A stretch of DNA of 64,000 nt, taken from an uncultured Candidatus Saccharibacteria bacterium. Lineage in GTDB: Bacteria > Patescibacteriota > Minisyncoccia > UBA6257 > JACOXY01. Under the pieces are notes generated by a model, which saw only the letters and a list, made by a program, of their open reading frames with translations, did no database searches and was not told the DNA's origin. Shown here in pieces: positions 48,075 to 58,471 of the stretch (position 1 is its first letter; the number at the start of each line of letters is the position of its first letter). The position numbers and the translations under genes were made by a program. The stretch spans positions 2,602-66,601 of the forward strand of contig CAYHMC010000001.1 in the NCBI GenBank assembly GCA_964357615.1, read 5' to 3'.

Positions 48075-49142
48075 TCAGGATAGATTCTTATCTAAAAATT
48101 GCTTTAAGCCATCTAAGTCATTTTTATCATTATTATAATGAAATGTAACTATTCCCAAAGACCTAGCGCTTTCTATTGCATCGGTTCTGTGCTCAAAGTA
48201 AATCACATTATTTTTGTTTAGTTTAAAATAGTCAAAAACTTTTTTGTAGTATTCTGGATTTGTTTTATCAGGTTTATGTTTTAAAGTAAAAAGCTCGTAT
48301 GGCAAATTAACTAAATTAAATTTCGTAATCTCTTCGTCGTTGGCGTTTGTAAGAATAATTTTTCTATTAGAATAATTCTCTAAAAGATTAAACATTTCTT
48401 TGTTTACACCAAAGACCCCATCGTTTTTTATTATAAAAGTGTGCAATGCATCAACCAAAATTACCTTATCTTTTTTTCTTAAAGGTAGCTCTAGTATGCA
48501 GAGGTCATACTTTTTTTGAAGTAGTTCAATGGTGTCCTTAAGTTTATTATATTTCGCTTCTACACCTTCCTTTATTTCTAGAGCTTCTTTAAAATTTTCA
48601 TCTTTTTTTAATTCCTTTAAAACTTTATTTTTTGCCATTTCTTCCACTTTTTCTTTGGGCCAATCACGAATCATATCTTCAAGTTCTTTTTTCTTTTGCT
48701 GAAGTAGCTGTTTAATATCATTACACCCATCCTGATCTTTATCGTTATTATTTTTTAATTTTTTTGTAAGTTTTATGCCTAACATTCCCAGAAGAGCTAA
48801 GGTAGCAATTGAGATAATCGCAATTATAGTAAAGTTGTTTTTAGTAGAAATAGCTGTTATTTCTGGCGTGGCAAGTGGTAGTAAATTCAATGGAGAATCC
48901 TGCGGAGTTATTTTCGGTATGGCTTGTTTTGTAATACTAGGAACGGTTGTTGTTGTTCTAACCTCCGAAACTGTACTTGTTGTACTTGGGCTTGGATTAG
49001 GTACAGAGTCTACTTTTTGTTCTGTAATGCTAGGAGTCGACTGGGTTGCGTCGCTTGAAGTAGGCGCTTCTCTCGTTTGACCAAATACAAAATAAAAAGG
49101 AACGAAGAACAAAATCAAAATCAATTTTATTGGCCGTTGCAT
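48075..49142 (-). CDS. Membrane-anchored protein with a Ser/Thr/Pro-rich linker and a C-terminal HAD-like hydrolase domain (start trimmed to MQRPIKLIL)
   Basis: Signal/TM, STTS linker, second TM, and a coiled coil. The C-terminal region (ILVDALHTFI...ILTNANDEE...KPDKTNPEYYKKVFD) resembles a HAD core; the nucleophile motif is not clear. Confidence 0.4.
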   Translation of the reverse strand: MQRPIKLILILFFVPFYFVFGQTREAPTSSDATQSTPSITEQKVDSVPNPSPSTTSTVSEVRTTTTVPSITKQAIPKITPQDSPLNLLPLATPEITAISTKNNFTIIAIISIATLALLGMLGIKLTKKLKNNNDKDQDGCNDIKQLLQQKKKELEDMIRDWPKEKVEEMAKNKVLKELKKDENFKEALEIKEGVEAKYNKLKDTIELLQKKYDLCILELPLRKKDKVILVDALHTFIIKNDGVFGVNKEMFNLLENYSNRKIILTNANDEEITKFNLVNLPYELFTLKHKPDKTNPEYYKKVFDYFKLNKNNVIYFEHRTDAIESARSLGIVTFHYNNDKNDLDGLKQFLDKNLS

Positions 49143-49155
49143 CGTTAGTAATATT

Positions 49156-50190
49156 TTAAATATTAGTTGTATGTCTTGGAAAACGCGATTGATTATAGGC
49201 CTCAATTTCACTAAGTTTAAGAAGAGTAGTGGTATTTCCGGTTCGTATATAAAATTTTTCATCCCCATCAATTTTAAGATAAACTGGTCGATTGCTCTCT
49301 AGTGATTGGACAACGCACACCTCAACACCATCAATTTGATGGAATGATGCCGAAATTAAATGTCGAAACTCTGGCCCAATCATAGAATTAAAAACTTGAG
49401 TTAAATGGTTTTCAAATCCATCAGCATTTGGATGTTGGAGATGTGGGTAGTCGGCGTTAAGTCCAACTAGTTTTTTTTCATTGTTTATGCCGATAACCAA
49501 ATAGCCTCCTTTAGAATTTAAAAAACCAGCAATAGTTTTCATAGCTGTTTTCTCAAGATCTCGATTTATTTTGCCAGTTTTGTGGTCAAATCGAAGCGAA
49601 GACTTAAATTCTAGCTCATCGTTTTCATCATTAGAAAGAAGTTTTATTATGCTTGGTTTTTCGTCAAATGATTTTTTTATTATATTTTGCGCCTCAAAAG
49701 AGTGCGCTAAATTGCCTTCAATGGCTTGTTGAATGGTTTGTAAAAAAAGTTTAGGTTTAGAAATAGTATTTATGATTAATGCATTTTTGGTCGTGCTATT
49801 TTCAATGTACAGCGAACCGTAATGTAATAGTTTACCAAGGGGACTAATCGAGGCGGTTATAATTGCACCCTCTTTAAAATTAATTATTTTTTCTTTTTTA
49901 TATAAAACACCCCAAGAATGAGTTATAACACTTGGTTCTATGGAATATGTTTCCCGATACCAACTTAAAAACGCATAAATAGTAATAAAAAGTTGTGCGA
50001 GCGGTAGGAGTAATAATTTCAATGATTGATATGTAAAACTTTCAGAAAAGGGAAGTTGCGCATAAAGCTGATATTTATAAGAATCTAATGTGGTTCCAAA
50101 TAAATAAAGCGCAATAACTACTCCTTCGATTACAACTAGTGTTCGAATTAAAACAATTGGGCTACGCTTTGTAGTTACAGAATTTACCAT
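49156..50190 (-). CDS. Membrane-anchored AlbA_2 (PF04326, formerly AAA_4/Schlafen-like) putative DNA-binding domain protein
   Basis: N-terminal TM region, then ELEFKSSLRFDHKTGKINRDLEKTAMKTIAGFLNSKGGYLVIGINNEKKLVGL, the AlbA_2 signature. Confidence 0.6.
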   Translation of the reverse strand: MVNSVTTKRSPIVLIRTLVVIEGVVIALYLFGTTLDSYKYQLYAQLPFSESFTYQSLKLLLLPLAQLFITIYAFLSWYRETYSIEPSVITHSWGVLYKKEKIINFKEGAIITASISPLGKLLHYGSLYIENSTTKNALIINTISKPKLFLQTIQQAIEGNLAHSFEAQNIIKKSFDEKPSIIKLLSNDENDELEFKSSLRFDHKTGKINRDLEKTAMKTIAGFLNSKGGYLVIGINNEKKLVGLNADYPHLQHPNADGFENHLTQVFNSMIGPEFRHLISASFHQIDGVEVCVVQSLESNRPVYLKIDGDEKFYIRTGNTTTLLKLSEIEAYNQSRFPRHTTNI

Positions 50191-50379
50191 GCAAAAATAG
50201 TCTACTATAGAAATAGATTGCTTTAAAGTCTATAAAATTACCTCGTATTTTTTATTTATTGATTCTTAAGAATCTTTTAAAACTAAAAAAACATAACTTA
50301 ACTTGAGAAGGGTTAATATGAAGAATATATTATTTAGGTATATTTGCCTAAGTAATATGTTCTGATATAATATTTTTAT

Positions 50380-51624
50380 ATGAATAACAATACAAAAATA
50401 GCAGGAGTGGCAGCGGTAGCAATTGTTGCTGGAATAATTATTTTTTTGCAAAATTTTGATGCAGGAAAAGTTGCGTGCGAAGATATTGCAGAAGCCCGAG
50501 CCAGTTTGCAGTCAGCGTACGATACAGGAGTATCTGCGAGTGTAGAGGTATATGCAGACGAAAAAGCGGCGATAGATGAGCGTCTAAGTGAGTGTCTAAG
50601 CGCTAAGCCGATTGATCCTTGTGCTGATGCGCAAAAAACACGAGATGCAGCCGTAGAAGCTTTTAACGGAATTCCTTCACCGCCGGACAATGCACCGCAC
50701 TCGGAATTTCAAACATATTTTAAGAAGCGTGATGATGCCTATAACAACTATAAAAAAGCAAAAGACGCTTTAAGTGAGTGCCGTGCGGCAAATCCGCCAA
50801 AACCCGACGTACCATATGAAAAATCTGATGCTAAAGCTTGTTTTGACGCTTACGACGCTGGAGTTGAAACAATCAGGAATACATTCGAGACCAATACGCA
50901 GGCAATGAAGACAGCGCTAAAAGCGGCGCTTACAGCATTAGACGCACGAGAGAAAGCATGTAACCCCCCAACCGGAAAAGAAAAGTTCACGGAATCCATT
51001 GGTGGCGACACATCTGGTAATGGTGATTCATCACAAACAAGCGTTCCAACAGAGATTTTAAACTGCAGGCCCATTAATGAAAATTTGGATACAGAATTGC
51101 TTGCACTGCGCCAAAGGGCGGCAGCTATTCCTGGTGAGATTCAGGCAGTGCAAACTAGCATAGACAATATAAAAAAGCGAATGAGCCCATTACAGCGTGA
51201 TTTGGGGGAAGTTGATACATACATTCCACCCGAGAGTACAAAGACACAGTTTGAGGGTGCGCTAAACGCTCTTCGAGCAGAACGCAAGGTATCTATTGAA
51301 TCGGCCCTTGAATTTTATAAGAACCTACTTACAAGAAAAGAAGCAGAAAAAGCTAAGCTACAAGAAGAATTGAGTGATTTAGAGGTTAAAATTAGGGCAC
51401 GTCTTCTGCAAATAAGGAAAGAAAATGAGACGAGAGCAAGAAGCTTCCCAACCAATGTGCACCTCGCAAAGCCAGATAAATGTGAGTACTATCATTGCCA
51501 TGGAATGCTTTGTGGACGGCCGGATCCTGAGCAGGATGGTTGTGGTCATGGAGCAACTACCCAAGATGATGTTGATTGTAAGAAATTTATTGATTCGTAC
51601 CTAAAAGCTGCTGGAGCAAATTAA
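50380..51624 (+). CDS. Membrane-anchored coiled-coil protein with a Cys-rich C-terminus
   Basis: N-terminal TM helix, long Ala/Glu-rich helices, and a C-terminal CEYYHCHGMLCGRPDPEQDGCGHG. Confidence 0.4.
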   Translation: MNNNTKIAGVAAVAIVAGIIIFLQNFDAGKVACEDIAEARASLQSAYDTGVSASVEVYADEKAAIDERLSECLSAKPIDPCADAQKTRDAAVEAFNGIPSPPDNAPHSEFQTYFKKRDDAYNNYKKAKDALSECRAANPPKPDVPYEKSDAKACFDAYDAGVETIRNTFETNTQAMKTALKAALTALDAREKACNPPTGKEKFTESIGGDTSGNGDSSQTSVPTEILNCRPINENLDTELLALRQRAAAIPGEIQAVQTSIDNIKKRMSPLQRDLGEVDTYIPPESTKTQFEGALNALRAERKVSIESALEFYKNLLTRKEAEKAKLQEELSDLEVKIRARLLQIRKENETRARSFPTNVHLAKPDKCEYYHCHGMLCGRPDPEQDGCGHGATTQDDVDCKKFIDSYLKAAGAN

Positions 51625-51647
51625 AAACTGAATTGCAATTAAATCGT

Positions 51648-51684
51648 AAAAAAATAATACCCGACGGGTATTATTTTTTATTGT
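51648..51684. terminator. Bidirectional rho-independent terminator between 50380(+) and 51808(-)
   Basis: aaaaaataatacccgacgggtattattttttatt, a perfect stem. Confidence 0.65.
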
Positions 51685-51807
51685 TTGTACAGTCTTTTGT
51701 TTATTTTTTTTGTTCCATTAATGCTACTGAAATTTTTAGTTCTTTTCCTTGCCAATAGGCTGTATTTATGGCCATACTAATCGTGTTATTTATTGATTAA
51801 GTTATAT

Positions 51808-53274
51808 TTATTTTACTAATTTTTTGACTTCTAGGAGTAAGCGTTCGATTTCTTCAATTTTTCGATTAACTTGCGCTTTGCTATCTCCTTCTTTTATAGT
51901 TGGGATTAAACCTTTTGAAATAAATGATTTTAGTTCACTTTCGTTTTTCATATCTACTACTACATTTGTTCTTGTGTTTAGTAATACGGTTGAGGCAATG
52001 CCAGCGGCGTCGTGTGGAATTATCGAAAGGAGCCAATATAAATCATCACCAATTTTTATTGGTCTTGGCTCTGAGAGATTAAATATATTCCAGTCATAGG
52101 TCGGAAATTCTTTTTTAATATAATCTGCTGCCGCAATTGGTCCAGTGAGCTGAGATTTTGCATCATACTCAATTATTTCTCGCTTGCCAGTTGTGGCATC
52201 AAAAATAAAAATCTTGTAAATGCCATATGATTGGCCATAAGGCTCTGCTACTACAAGTTGTTTAAATCCTTCAGTTGTTGCTACATGAAAAATATTCTCA
52301 TCTCCCGGGAGACTTACGATTTCTGTTTGATTTTCATGTAAAAACCATTTATTTATAAGGCCACCCAAATACGCGTATGAATGCGAATAGAATTCTACAA
52401 TTTCTTTCGGATGAATTCTGTTACCCTTCAAATAGCTAATGTTGCTTGCTTCCTCTGGAGACAAATCATCAATTTTACCATCACCGTGAACAACCATCAC
52501 GCCAGCCCAATATGGTACTCGAAAAATAATTCCGCGATATGAAATGTAGGGCACAATAGTTACCCATTCCTTTTCATCATTTTTAATAAATATTGGTTCT
52601 TTGCTGTAACTGACAAAATATTTTTTAAGTGGAAGTTGAAAATAAATATTATCAAAAATTCCTATTCCGTCAGCATATTTAAATTCTGCGTTTTCAATGT
52701 CTACTTTTCTTTCTAGCGTATCAACATCAACCGTTACAAAGCCACTAAGTTTTTTTAGAAAATAAAGTATTCCACCATCTGGAAGTCTAGGGAATATGCG
52801 CTTAAGTTTGCCATCTACAAGAATAATTTGTGAATCACCTAGGTATTCTTGTGGATTCTGAAATGTGTCATCAGCATATCGTTTTGCCACTGCTTTTGGG
52901 GTGAGCCGTAGTGGTTCAAATTTAGGAACATCGGCACGCTTTTCATATTTGATATTGTTTGCGGTTATTGAAAAGAGAATTTCACTTTCAAGGCTCAAAA
53001 GCATAGATAGGGTTAGTAGTGCAATTACATACAACTTAGCCGAATTATTATTTCGAGGTGGAATTCTAAGCGTATAATTATTTTCTCCATTTTTTTCGAA
53101 AAATATTCCAATTTTAACAAAAAAACGCCAAATACTATAAAGAAGTGTTAAAATAAAAATAAAACGAAGTGGACTAGAAACTAACACCATTACAATTGGA
53201 TGAAAAAAAGGTCTAAGTAGCCAGCCCATAATAAATAGAGTAATAATTGGAATTAAAAATTTATATTTTTTCAT
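51808..53274 (-). CDS. Hypothetical membrane-anchored protein (488 aa)
   Basis: 2-3 N-terminal TM helices and a large extracytoplasmic domain; no family recognised. Confidence 0.4.
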   Translation of the reverse strand: MKKYKFLIPIITLFIMGWLLRPFFHPIVMVLVSSPLRFIFILTLLYSIWRFFVKIGIFFEKNGENNYTLRIPPRNNNSAKLYVIALLTLSMLLSLESEILFSITANNIKYEKRADVPKFEPLRLTPKAVAKRYADDTFQNPQEYLGDSQIILVDGKLKRIFPRLPDGGILYFLKKLSGFVTVDVDTLERKVDIENAEFKYADGIGIFDNIYFQLPLKKYFVSYSKEPIFIKNDEKEWVTIVPYISYRGIIFRVPYWAGVMVVHGDGKIDDLSPEEASNISYLKGNRIHPKEIVEFYSHSYAYLGGLINKWFLHENQTEIVSLPGDENIFHVATTEGFKQLVVAEPYGQSYGIYKIFIFDATTGKREIIEYDAKSQLTGPIAAADYIKKEFPTYDWNIFNLSEPRPIKIGDDLYWLLSIIPHDAAGIASTVLLNTRTNVVVDMKNESELKSFISKGLIPTIKEGDSKAQVNRKIEEIERLLLEVKKLVK

Positions 53275-53283
53275 AATAGTTTC

Positions 53284-54174
53284 TTAACCATTGTACGCTT
53301 CTTCTAGTTTTTTAATATCAAACTTTTTCATTTTAAGAAAAGCTTGAGTCACTTTTTCAATTTGTTCTTTGCTTCCGTTCGCCATCATATCATTCATTGC
53401 AGTTGGAACAATTTGCCAAGAGACGCCAAACTTGTCTTTCAACCAGCCACACTGTTCTGCTTCTGGTATTGCTGACAATTTGCCCCAATAGTTATCAATT
53501 TCTTCTTGGGTATCGCAGTTAATGATAAAAGATATCGCTTCATTAAAAACAAATTCATGCGGACCAGAACTATCCATTGCCATAAAGTTTTGACCAGCGA
53601 GTGTAAAGCGTGAGTGCTTAATAAATCCTTCTTTGTCACCTTCGCCAGCGGCATAGGGCACAGTCATTTCTATTTTTGAATCTGGAAAAATACTCGTATA
53701 CATATCCATTGCTTCTTTGGCTTTTCCTGCGTGTTCTTTTGTAAACATAAGCATGGGAGTAATTTTCTGGGTCATTTGATGATTATCGCTCCATGAAAGT
53801 TGCCATGTTAGGCCGTATTTATCTTGTAGCCAACCGTATTTTTTTGCCCATGGATAAGTATCGTATGGCATCAAGGCTTTACCGCCCTCAATTAGTTTAT
53901 TCCAAACGGTTTCAATATCTTTCTCGTTATCAAAAATCGTAAACATTGATATTGAAGGATTTATTTTAAAATATGGCCCTGCGCTAATAGCCATAAAATC
54001 TTGACTAGCAAGTTTAAAAGTTACAATGTCGCAGTCGCCGGACGGTGTGCCTGTGATTGTTTTTGTGTTAATAATTTTTGAATCAGAAAAAAGCGAAACA
54101 TAAAAAGCCGTAGCTTCCTTTGCTTCTTTATCAAACCAAAAATGAGTAAGTATTTTTTGTTTACCCTGAATCAT
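53284..54174 (-). CDS. Tandem PhnB-like / VOC-superfamily protein (two 3-demethylubiquinone-9 methyltransferase-like domains)
   Basis: Both halves carry ...FW.D.EA.EA..FY.S.F.DSKI...YGWLQDKYGLTWQL / CGWLKDKFGVSWQI. Confidence 0.7.
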   Translation of the reverse strand: MIQGKQKILTHFWFDKEAKEATAFYVSLFSDSKIINTKTITGTPSGDCDIVTFKLASQDFMAISAGPYFKINPSISMFTIFDNEKDIETVWNKLIEGGKALMPYDTYPWAKKYGWLQDKYGLTWQLSWSDNHQMTQKITPMLMFTKEHAGKAKEAMDMYTSIFPDSKIEMTVPYAAGEGDKEGFIKHSRFTLAGQNFMAMDSSGPHEFVFNEAISFIINCDTQEEIDNYWGKLSAIPEAEQCGWLKDKFGVSWQIVPTAMNDMMANGSKEQIEKVTQAFLKMKKFDIKKLEEAYNG

Positions 54175-54307
54175 ATTGAAGGGTTACCATGAATTTGTTG
54201 AATGGGCATATTAATATATTTTATTAATTTAATAATTAGTTTATCAAGAAATAAGTATATATACCACAAGCTATCCAAGGCTACACAAAATGGTATTATT
54301 AGTATAA

Positions 54308-54865
54308 ATGGCTAATTTTGAAATAAAACAATCTAATGAAGGCGACGATTCAAATCCAATAGAAAATAGAAACGAGGCTCTTGTGGTCCCTGAAAATATT
54401 ACAGATACTCCTCTCGAAGAAAAATCACCAGAAGAAAAATTGGTTACAGATGATTTTAGATTGGCTACAGAAGGCAAGTCTTTTGAAGAGGGGCGCGATG
54501 CTTTGTTTGAATTGTTGAATAAAATTGGGGAAATAAAAGGAAAAAGCGGATATTATACCGCGGAGCAGTTAAAAGATAGAATTAACAAAGTTTTTAGTGG
54601 CGAGCTTAATGTTGGCTCTATTACGCGCTTCGGTGATTTAAGGGGAGTGGTGGGGACACTTTTTGTAAAGAAACTTGAGGAAACCAGAATAGAAAAATTA
54701 AAAGAAGAAATTGTAGGAGAACCAAGTAATGTAGCGCAAAGAGAAGAAAGAATTTCCCCACAAGAATTATTTAAAGGAGAAGACGAAGCGCACGAAAGAG
54801 AACTATTAGAATTAAAGTCTAGGGAAAGGCCTTCATTATTAGAGCGCTTTAAAAAACTATTTTAA
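54308..54865 (+). CDS. Hypothetical acidic protein
   Basis: ORF only. Confidence 0.35.
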   Translation: MANFEIKQSNEGDDSNPIENRNEALVVPENITDTPLEEKSPEEKLVTDDFRLATEGKSFEEGRDALFELLNKIGEIKGKSGYYTAEQLKDRINKVFSGELNVGSITRFGDLRGVVGTLFVKKLEETRIEKLKEEIVGEPSNVAQREERISPQELFKGEDEAHERELLELKSRERPSLLERFKKLF

Positions 54866-55098
54866 GTTGGATTTAAGAAATTCTAAAGTTTTCGCCCAGG
54901 CGTCTTTTGTTTCGTTTGGTGCATAGTTTGCGCCAGATGGATTTGCAAAGGCATGACCAAAAATATATAAAGTTAAAGTTTTTTTATTCATAATTTATTT
55001 ATTATAACACAAAACCCACTAGCTTTATAAAAAACAAAGAGTTCGCTTTCGCAAACCCTTTGTAATAATAAAATCTATTTAGAATTTAACACACTTTA

Positions 55099-56217
55099 TT
55101 ATGGCTTTGTCTTGAAAGTTACAATACTTCCACGAACAACACCATATTCATTTTGTGCTGCAACTCGATAGAAATATTTAGTGTCTTTTTTCAAGCCTGT
55201 AATTTCTAGTGATACTTTTGTATTTCCATCATTCGCATCAAGCGAGTCGGTAGGGGATTCGGTACCAATAATTATTGTAAGAAGTGCGTCTGTTCCGTAT
55301 TCAAACCAATATGTGGTTGGTGCACCATTTGGATTAACCCGGCCATTAACCTTGGTTGATGTAGATGAAATGTTTGTAGCTGCATCGGTGCTTACTATTG
55401 GTTGATCTGGTGCCGGCGGTCCTTTGGTAGTAAAGCTTAAAACTGATCCTACTACTGTACCGTATTGGTTTTGTGCATTAAGCCGGAAGTAATATTTCGT
55501 AAGGGGTCTAAGATTAGTTAGTGGTATCGAAACATTAGTTGCAGTATTTCCATCACCTACTGATCTAAGCTCTGTCACGTTTCCAAAATTTGCAGTCTTG
55601 TCATATTCAAACCAATATGTGGTTAGTGATCCGCGAGGATTTACTTGGCCATTCACATCTGCACTGTTGCGTTCAACTTCAGTTGCGGCATTAGTACGTG
55701 CTGTTGGCACTGTTGCTTGTGGTGGGGGATTGTTATTGGTTTTAAAGCTATAGGTTGCTCCGTTTACTGTGCTGTACTGATTTTTTGCACTTAAACGAAA
55801 ATAATAAGTTACATTTGCTTTAAGGCCGGTAATGTATCCTGGTGCCGGAATTGAAATAAATCCGGAACCTAAAACCTGAGTGGCGGTGCGAGTGCCAAGA
55901 GCCGTGCTTTCTCCATATTCATACCAGTATTCTGTCGAGGCTCCACTTGGAGTTACACGACCGGTCACAACCGCAGTAGAGTTTGATGGAGTTGCTTTTG
56001 AATCGGTTTCTACTTTGGGTGCTTCTGCTATTGGTGGTGGAGGCGGTATTTTTGTTGACGGCGAAAGAATTGTAGTTTCTGGTGAAGTTGACGTTTCTGG
56101 TAATGGAGAAACCCGCAGTGTTTCATCAATGGGCATCATTCCATTATTCATGTAAACAAATAGTAATGCCAGAATGGCAACTACTATGACTGAACTATAA
56201 ATTAAATTTTTATTCAT
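55099..56217 (-). CDS. Secreted protein with three Fn3-like repeats
   Basis: Signal peptide and three ~95-aa repeats, each with T(E/T)YW(Y/F)EYG...YYFR...N(Q/E)YG.V.G...FKT. Confidence 0.6.
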   Translation of the reverse strand: MNKNLIYSSVIVVAILALLFVYMNNGMMPIDETLRVSPLPETSTSPETTILSPSTKIPPPPPIAEAPKVETDSKATPSNSTAVVTGRVTPSGASTEYWYEYGESTALGTRTATQVLGSGFISIPAPGYITGLKANVTYYFRLSAKNQYSTVNGATYSFKTNNNPPPQATVPTARTNAATEVERNSADVNGQVNPRGSLTTYWFEYDKTANFGNVTELRSVGDGNTATNVSIPLTNLRPLTKYYFRLNAQNQYGTVVGSVLSFTTKGPPAPDQPIVSTDAATNISSTSTKVNGRVNPNGAPTTYWFEYGTDALLTIIIGTESPTDSLDANDGNTKVSLEITGLKKDTKYFYRVAAQNEYGVVRGSIVTFKTKP

Positions 56218-56269
56218 ATTTTTTTGTAATTAATTATATTTTTCCGACCTTTTATTTCTGATTCTGAAT

Positions 56270-57619
56270 TTATTGTAAACGTGCTCTGGTAATTGGACCA
56301 AAATATCCTGTTGTTGGAATTCCATAAGCCTTTTGATATTCAATAAGAGCAGTTTTTGTTAAAGAGCCAAAATACCCGGTTGCACCGGACTTTGAAAGTA
56401 GAATTGCGGCCGGACCCCTATTTGCTTTTATGAGTAATTCTTGAAGCAATTTAACATCATTGCCTTCTGCTCCGATTTCAAGATCGCGATTTAATGAAGT
56501 TGAAGTAGTTGTACTGCTTACTGTAGAATTCAGAATACTTGTATTCAATTTTATTGACCCATTGGTTAAGAGATAAATAAAATGTTCTCTGGTTAGTGGT
56601 CCAAAATTTCCACTTGAAGGGACAATAACAACCGCAGTTTGATATTCAGCCAATGCTGATTTTGTTAGTGACCCAAAATATCCGGTTATTCCTGTTCTAG
56701 TTAATAATCTGCCGTAAGGGCCAACGGCAGTTTTAATTAAAAATTCTTGCAATAATTTTACGTTTGTTCCCGAAGAGCCAAAAGGCATTTCTTTTTTAAG
56801 AAGTGCAATTTGCCCAACCACTTTAGCTTCTTCAAAAACTTTTAAAATCATAGACGGCAAGGCGATATTAGATTTTTGTGCCTCAAGAAAAAGATTTTTT
56901 TCCTCAATAATTAATTTTTGTGCTAAAGCATGCGCATCATCAGAGCCATTCAAAATTCTATTCAAAGAGTCAATTTTTTCGGCAAGAGAGAATTCTAAAG
57001 TAAGACGCGGAAATGGGTTTATGGCTGTGCCTCTAGCATAAATGCCAAAGTGCAAATGAGTTGGTCCACCAGCTGCGTTTCCGGTGTTGCCAACATAACC
57101 GATAAGATCGCCGGTTTTTAGAATCTGTCCGGATTGTATGTTTTTAGGAATGGCATCAAGATGAGCGTAGTAATATCTTTCTCCTCCCGCAGTATAAGTG
57201 TATACATAATTACCACCATTGCTTCCATATCCAGTTCTACCTACAACTGCGTCTACAGGAGAAACTATAAATGCTCCGCGTGGGGATAAGATGTCTGTTC
57301 CTTCGTGAGTTCTGCCGTTTGCGCGCGCATCTCCCCAAGTATCATAAATATCTCTTAACGATACATTTAGTAATATTGGAATACGAATGTTTGAAGCTGG
57401 GCTACTGCCAAGAGAATTCATTTTATTTCTTAAGTCGTTATTTATCTGGAAACTAGAAGAATTTCTCTCTTCGTCCGGATTTGGCGGAGTAACAGGTGTT
57501 GGGGTGTTTGATTGGGCATTGGTTTTTATATAACCAAAAAAAGCCAGCAATATTAGAAATATAGCTAAAAATTGATAGACCATGAATTTAGGTCTTTTTT
57601 CAAAAAAACGTATAAGCAT
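56270..57619 (-). CDS. M23-family metallopeptidase (LytM/lysostaphin-like) with two C-terminal PG_binding_1 domains
   Basis: GRTHEGTDI (HxxxD), ...YYAHLD... and GPTHLHFGIY (HxH). Two repeats of G..G.NVKLLQE.LIK.....LL...G.TGYFGSLTK.AL.EYQ follow. Confidence 0.85.
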   Translation of the reverse strand: MLIRFFEKRPKFMVYQFLAIFLILLAFFGYIKTNAQSNTPTPVTPPNPDEERNSSSFQINNDLRNKMNSLGSSPASNIRIPILLNVSLRDIYDTWGDARANGRTHEGTDILSPRGAFIVSPVDAVVGRTGYGSNGGNYVYTYTAGGERYYYAHLDAIPKNIQSGQILKTGDLIGYVGNTGNAAGGPTHLHFGIYARGTAINPFPRLTLEFSLAEKIDSLNRILNGSDDAHALAQKLIIEEKNLFLEAQKSNIALPSMILKVFEEAKVVGQIALLKKEMPFGSSGTNVKLLQEFLIKTAVGPYGRLLTRTGITGYFGSLTKSALAEYQTAVVIVPSSGNFGPLTREHFIYLLTNGSIKLNTSILNSTVSSTTTSTSLNRDLEIGAEGNDVKLLQELLIKANRGPAAILLSKSGATGYFGSLTKTALIEYQKAYGIPTTGYFGPITRARLQ

Positions 57620-57705
57620 ATCTTATTATGTATAATATATGACGAAACAAATCATATTATATGACATAAGCCCTAATGAGAGTTTTTGTCCTGCTATTAC
57701 TTAAG

Positions 57706-58419
57706 TTAATATCCTGTAAATTCCTCGCTTCTTATATCGTTATCGTTTATGCCGGCATCACTTAAAACTTTTCTCATGGCAAAAACCATAACTGCTGGAC
57801 CAGACATGTAATAAATTGGAGAATTTAAATCTGGAAGATATTTCATAAGCATTTCTTTATTAATGTATCCGGTCTCACCGCTCCACGATTCTTTAGAATC
57901 TTCCATATTGGTCATTGTGGCAATCAATTTAAAGTTTTTATTTTTTTCTTCAAGTTCTTTTAATTCTGTTAGAAATACAGCATCTTCTGGGCGACGATTT
58001 GAATAAAAAAGAAAAAGTTTATGTGGTAAATTACGAATTGTTGCGTCCACTATCATTGACCTAATTGGTGTAACACCAACTCCACCAATAAGAAATACTG
58101 CGGGTCGTGAAGTATTATTTTGAAGTGTAAAATCGCCAAACGGACCTTCCAAAGTTAGGGGATTACCATCTGGTAATTTCTGTAGCACTCGCTTAAAAGC
58201 CGTATCTCTTAGTCTTGTTGTAATTTTGAGATAGTCTTCTTCTGGTGCGCTTGAAAGCGAATAAGCTCTTTTATTTCCTTCCGCATCTGTCTCTGGTGGG
58301 TTAATAAGAAAAAGATCAATCGATTGACCTGCTTTATAAATAAATCCTTCTGGTTTTTTTAAATAAACAGAAAGCGTTCCTTCTGCTTCCATTTCTTTTT
58401 TAATAATTTGTGTATCCAT
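57706..58419 (-). CDS. Ferredoxin-NADP reductase-like FAD/NAD(P)-binding oxidoreductase
   Basis: RAYSLSS (RxYS FAD motif), GGVGVTPIRSMI (NAD(P) GGxGxxP) and YMSGP. Confidence 0.7.
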   Translation of the reverse strand: MDTQIIKKEMEAEGTLSVYLKKPEGFIYKAGQSIDLFLINPPETDAEGNKRAYSLSSAPEEDYLKITTRLRDTAFKRVLQKLPDGNPLTLEGPFGDFTLQNNTSRPAVFLIGGVGVTPIRSMIVDATIRNLPHKLFLFYSNRRPEDAVFLTELKELEEKNKNFKLIATMTNMEDSKESWSGETGYINKEMLMKYLPDLNSPIYYMSGPAVMVFAMRKVLSDAGINDNDIRSEEFTGY

Positions 58420-58471
58420 ATTTTAGATTAATTTTAATTATTATACCCTAAAAAATAACATCGCAAGGGTG

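Noticed and set aside
54861-54991. 44-aa minus-strand ORF (MNKKTLTLYIFGHAFANPSGANYAPNETKDAW...) in the 54866-55098 gap
   Set aside because: It is below any reasonable length threshold. Its N-terminus vaguely resembles flavodoxin-like or phosphatase folds but it is truncated after 44 aa. It is possibly a gene remnant, and I cannot support a call.
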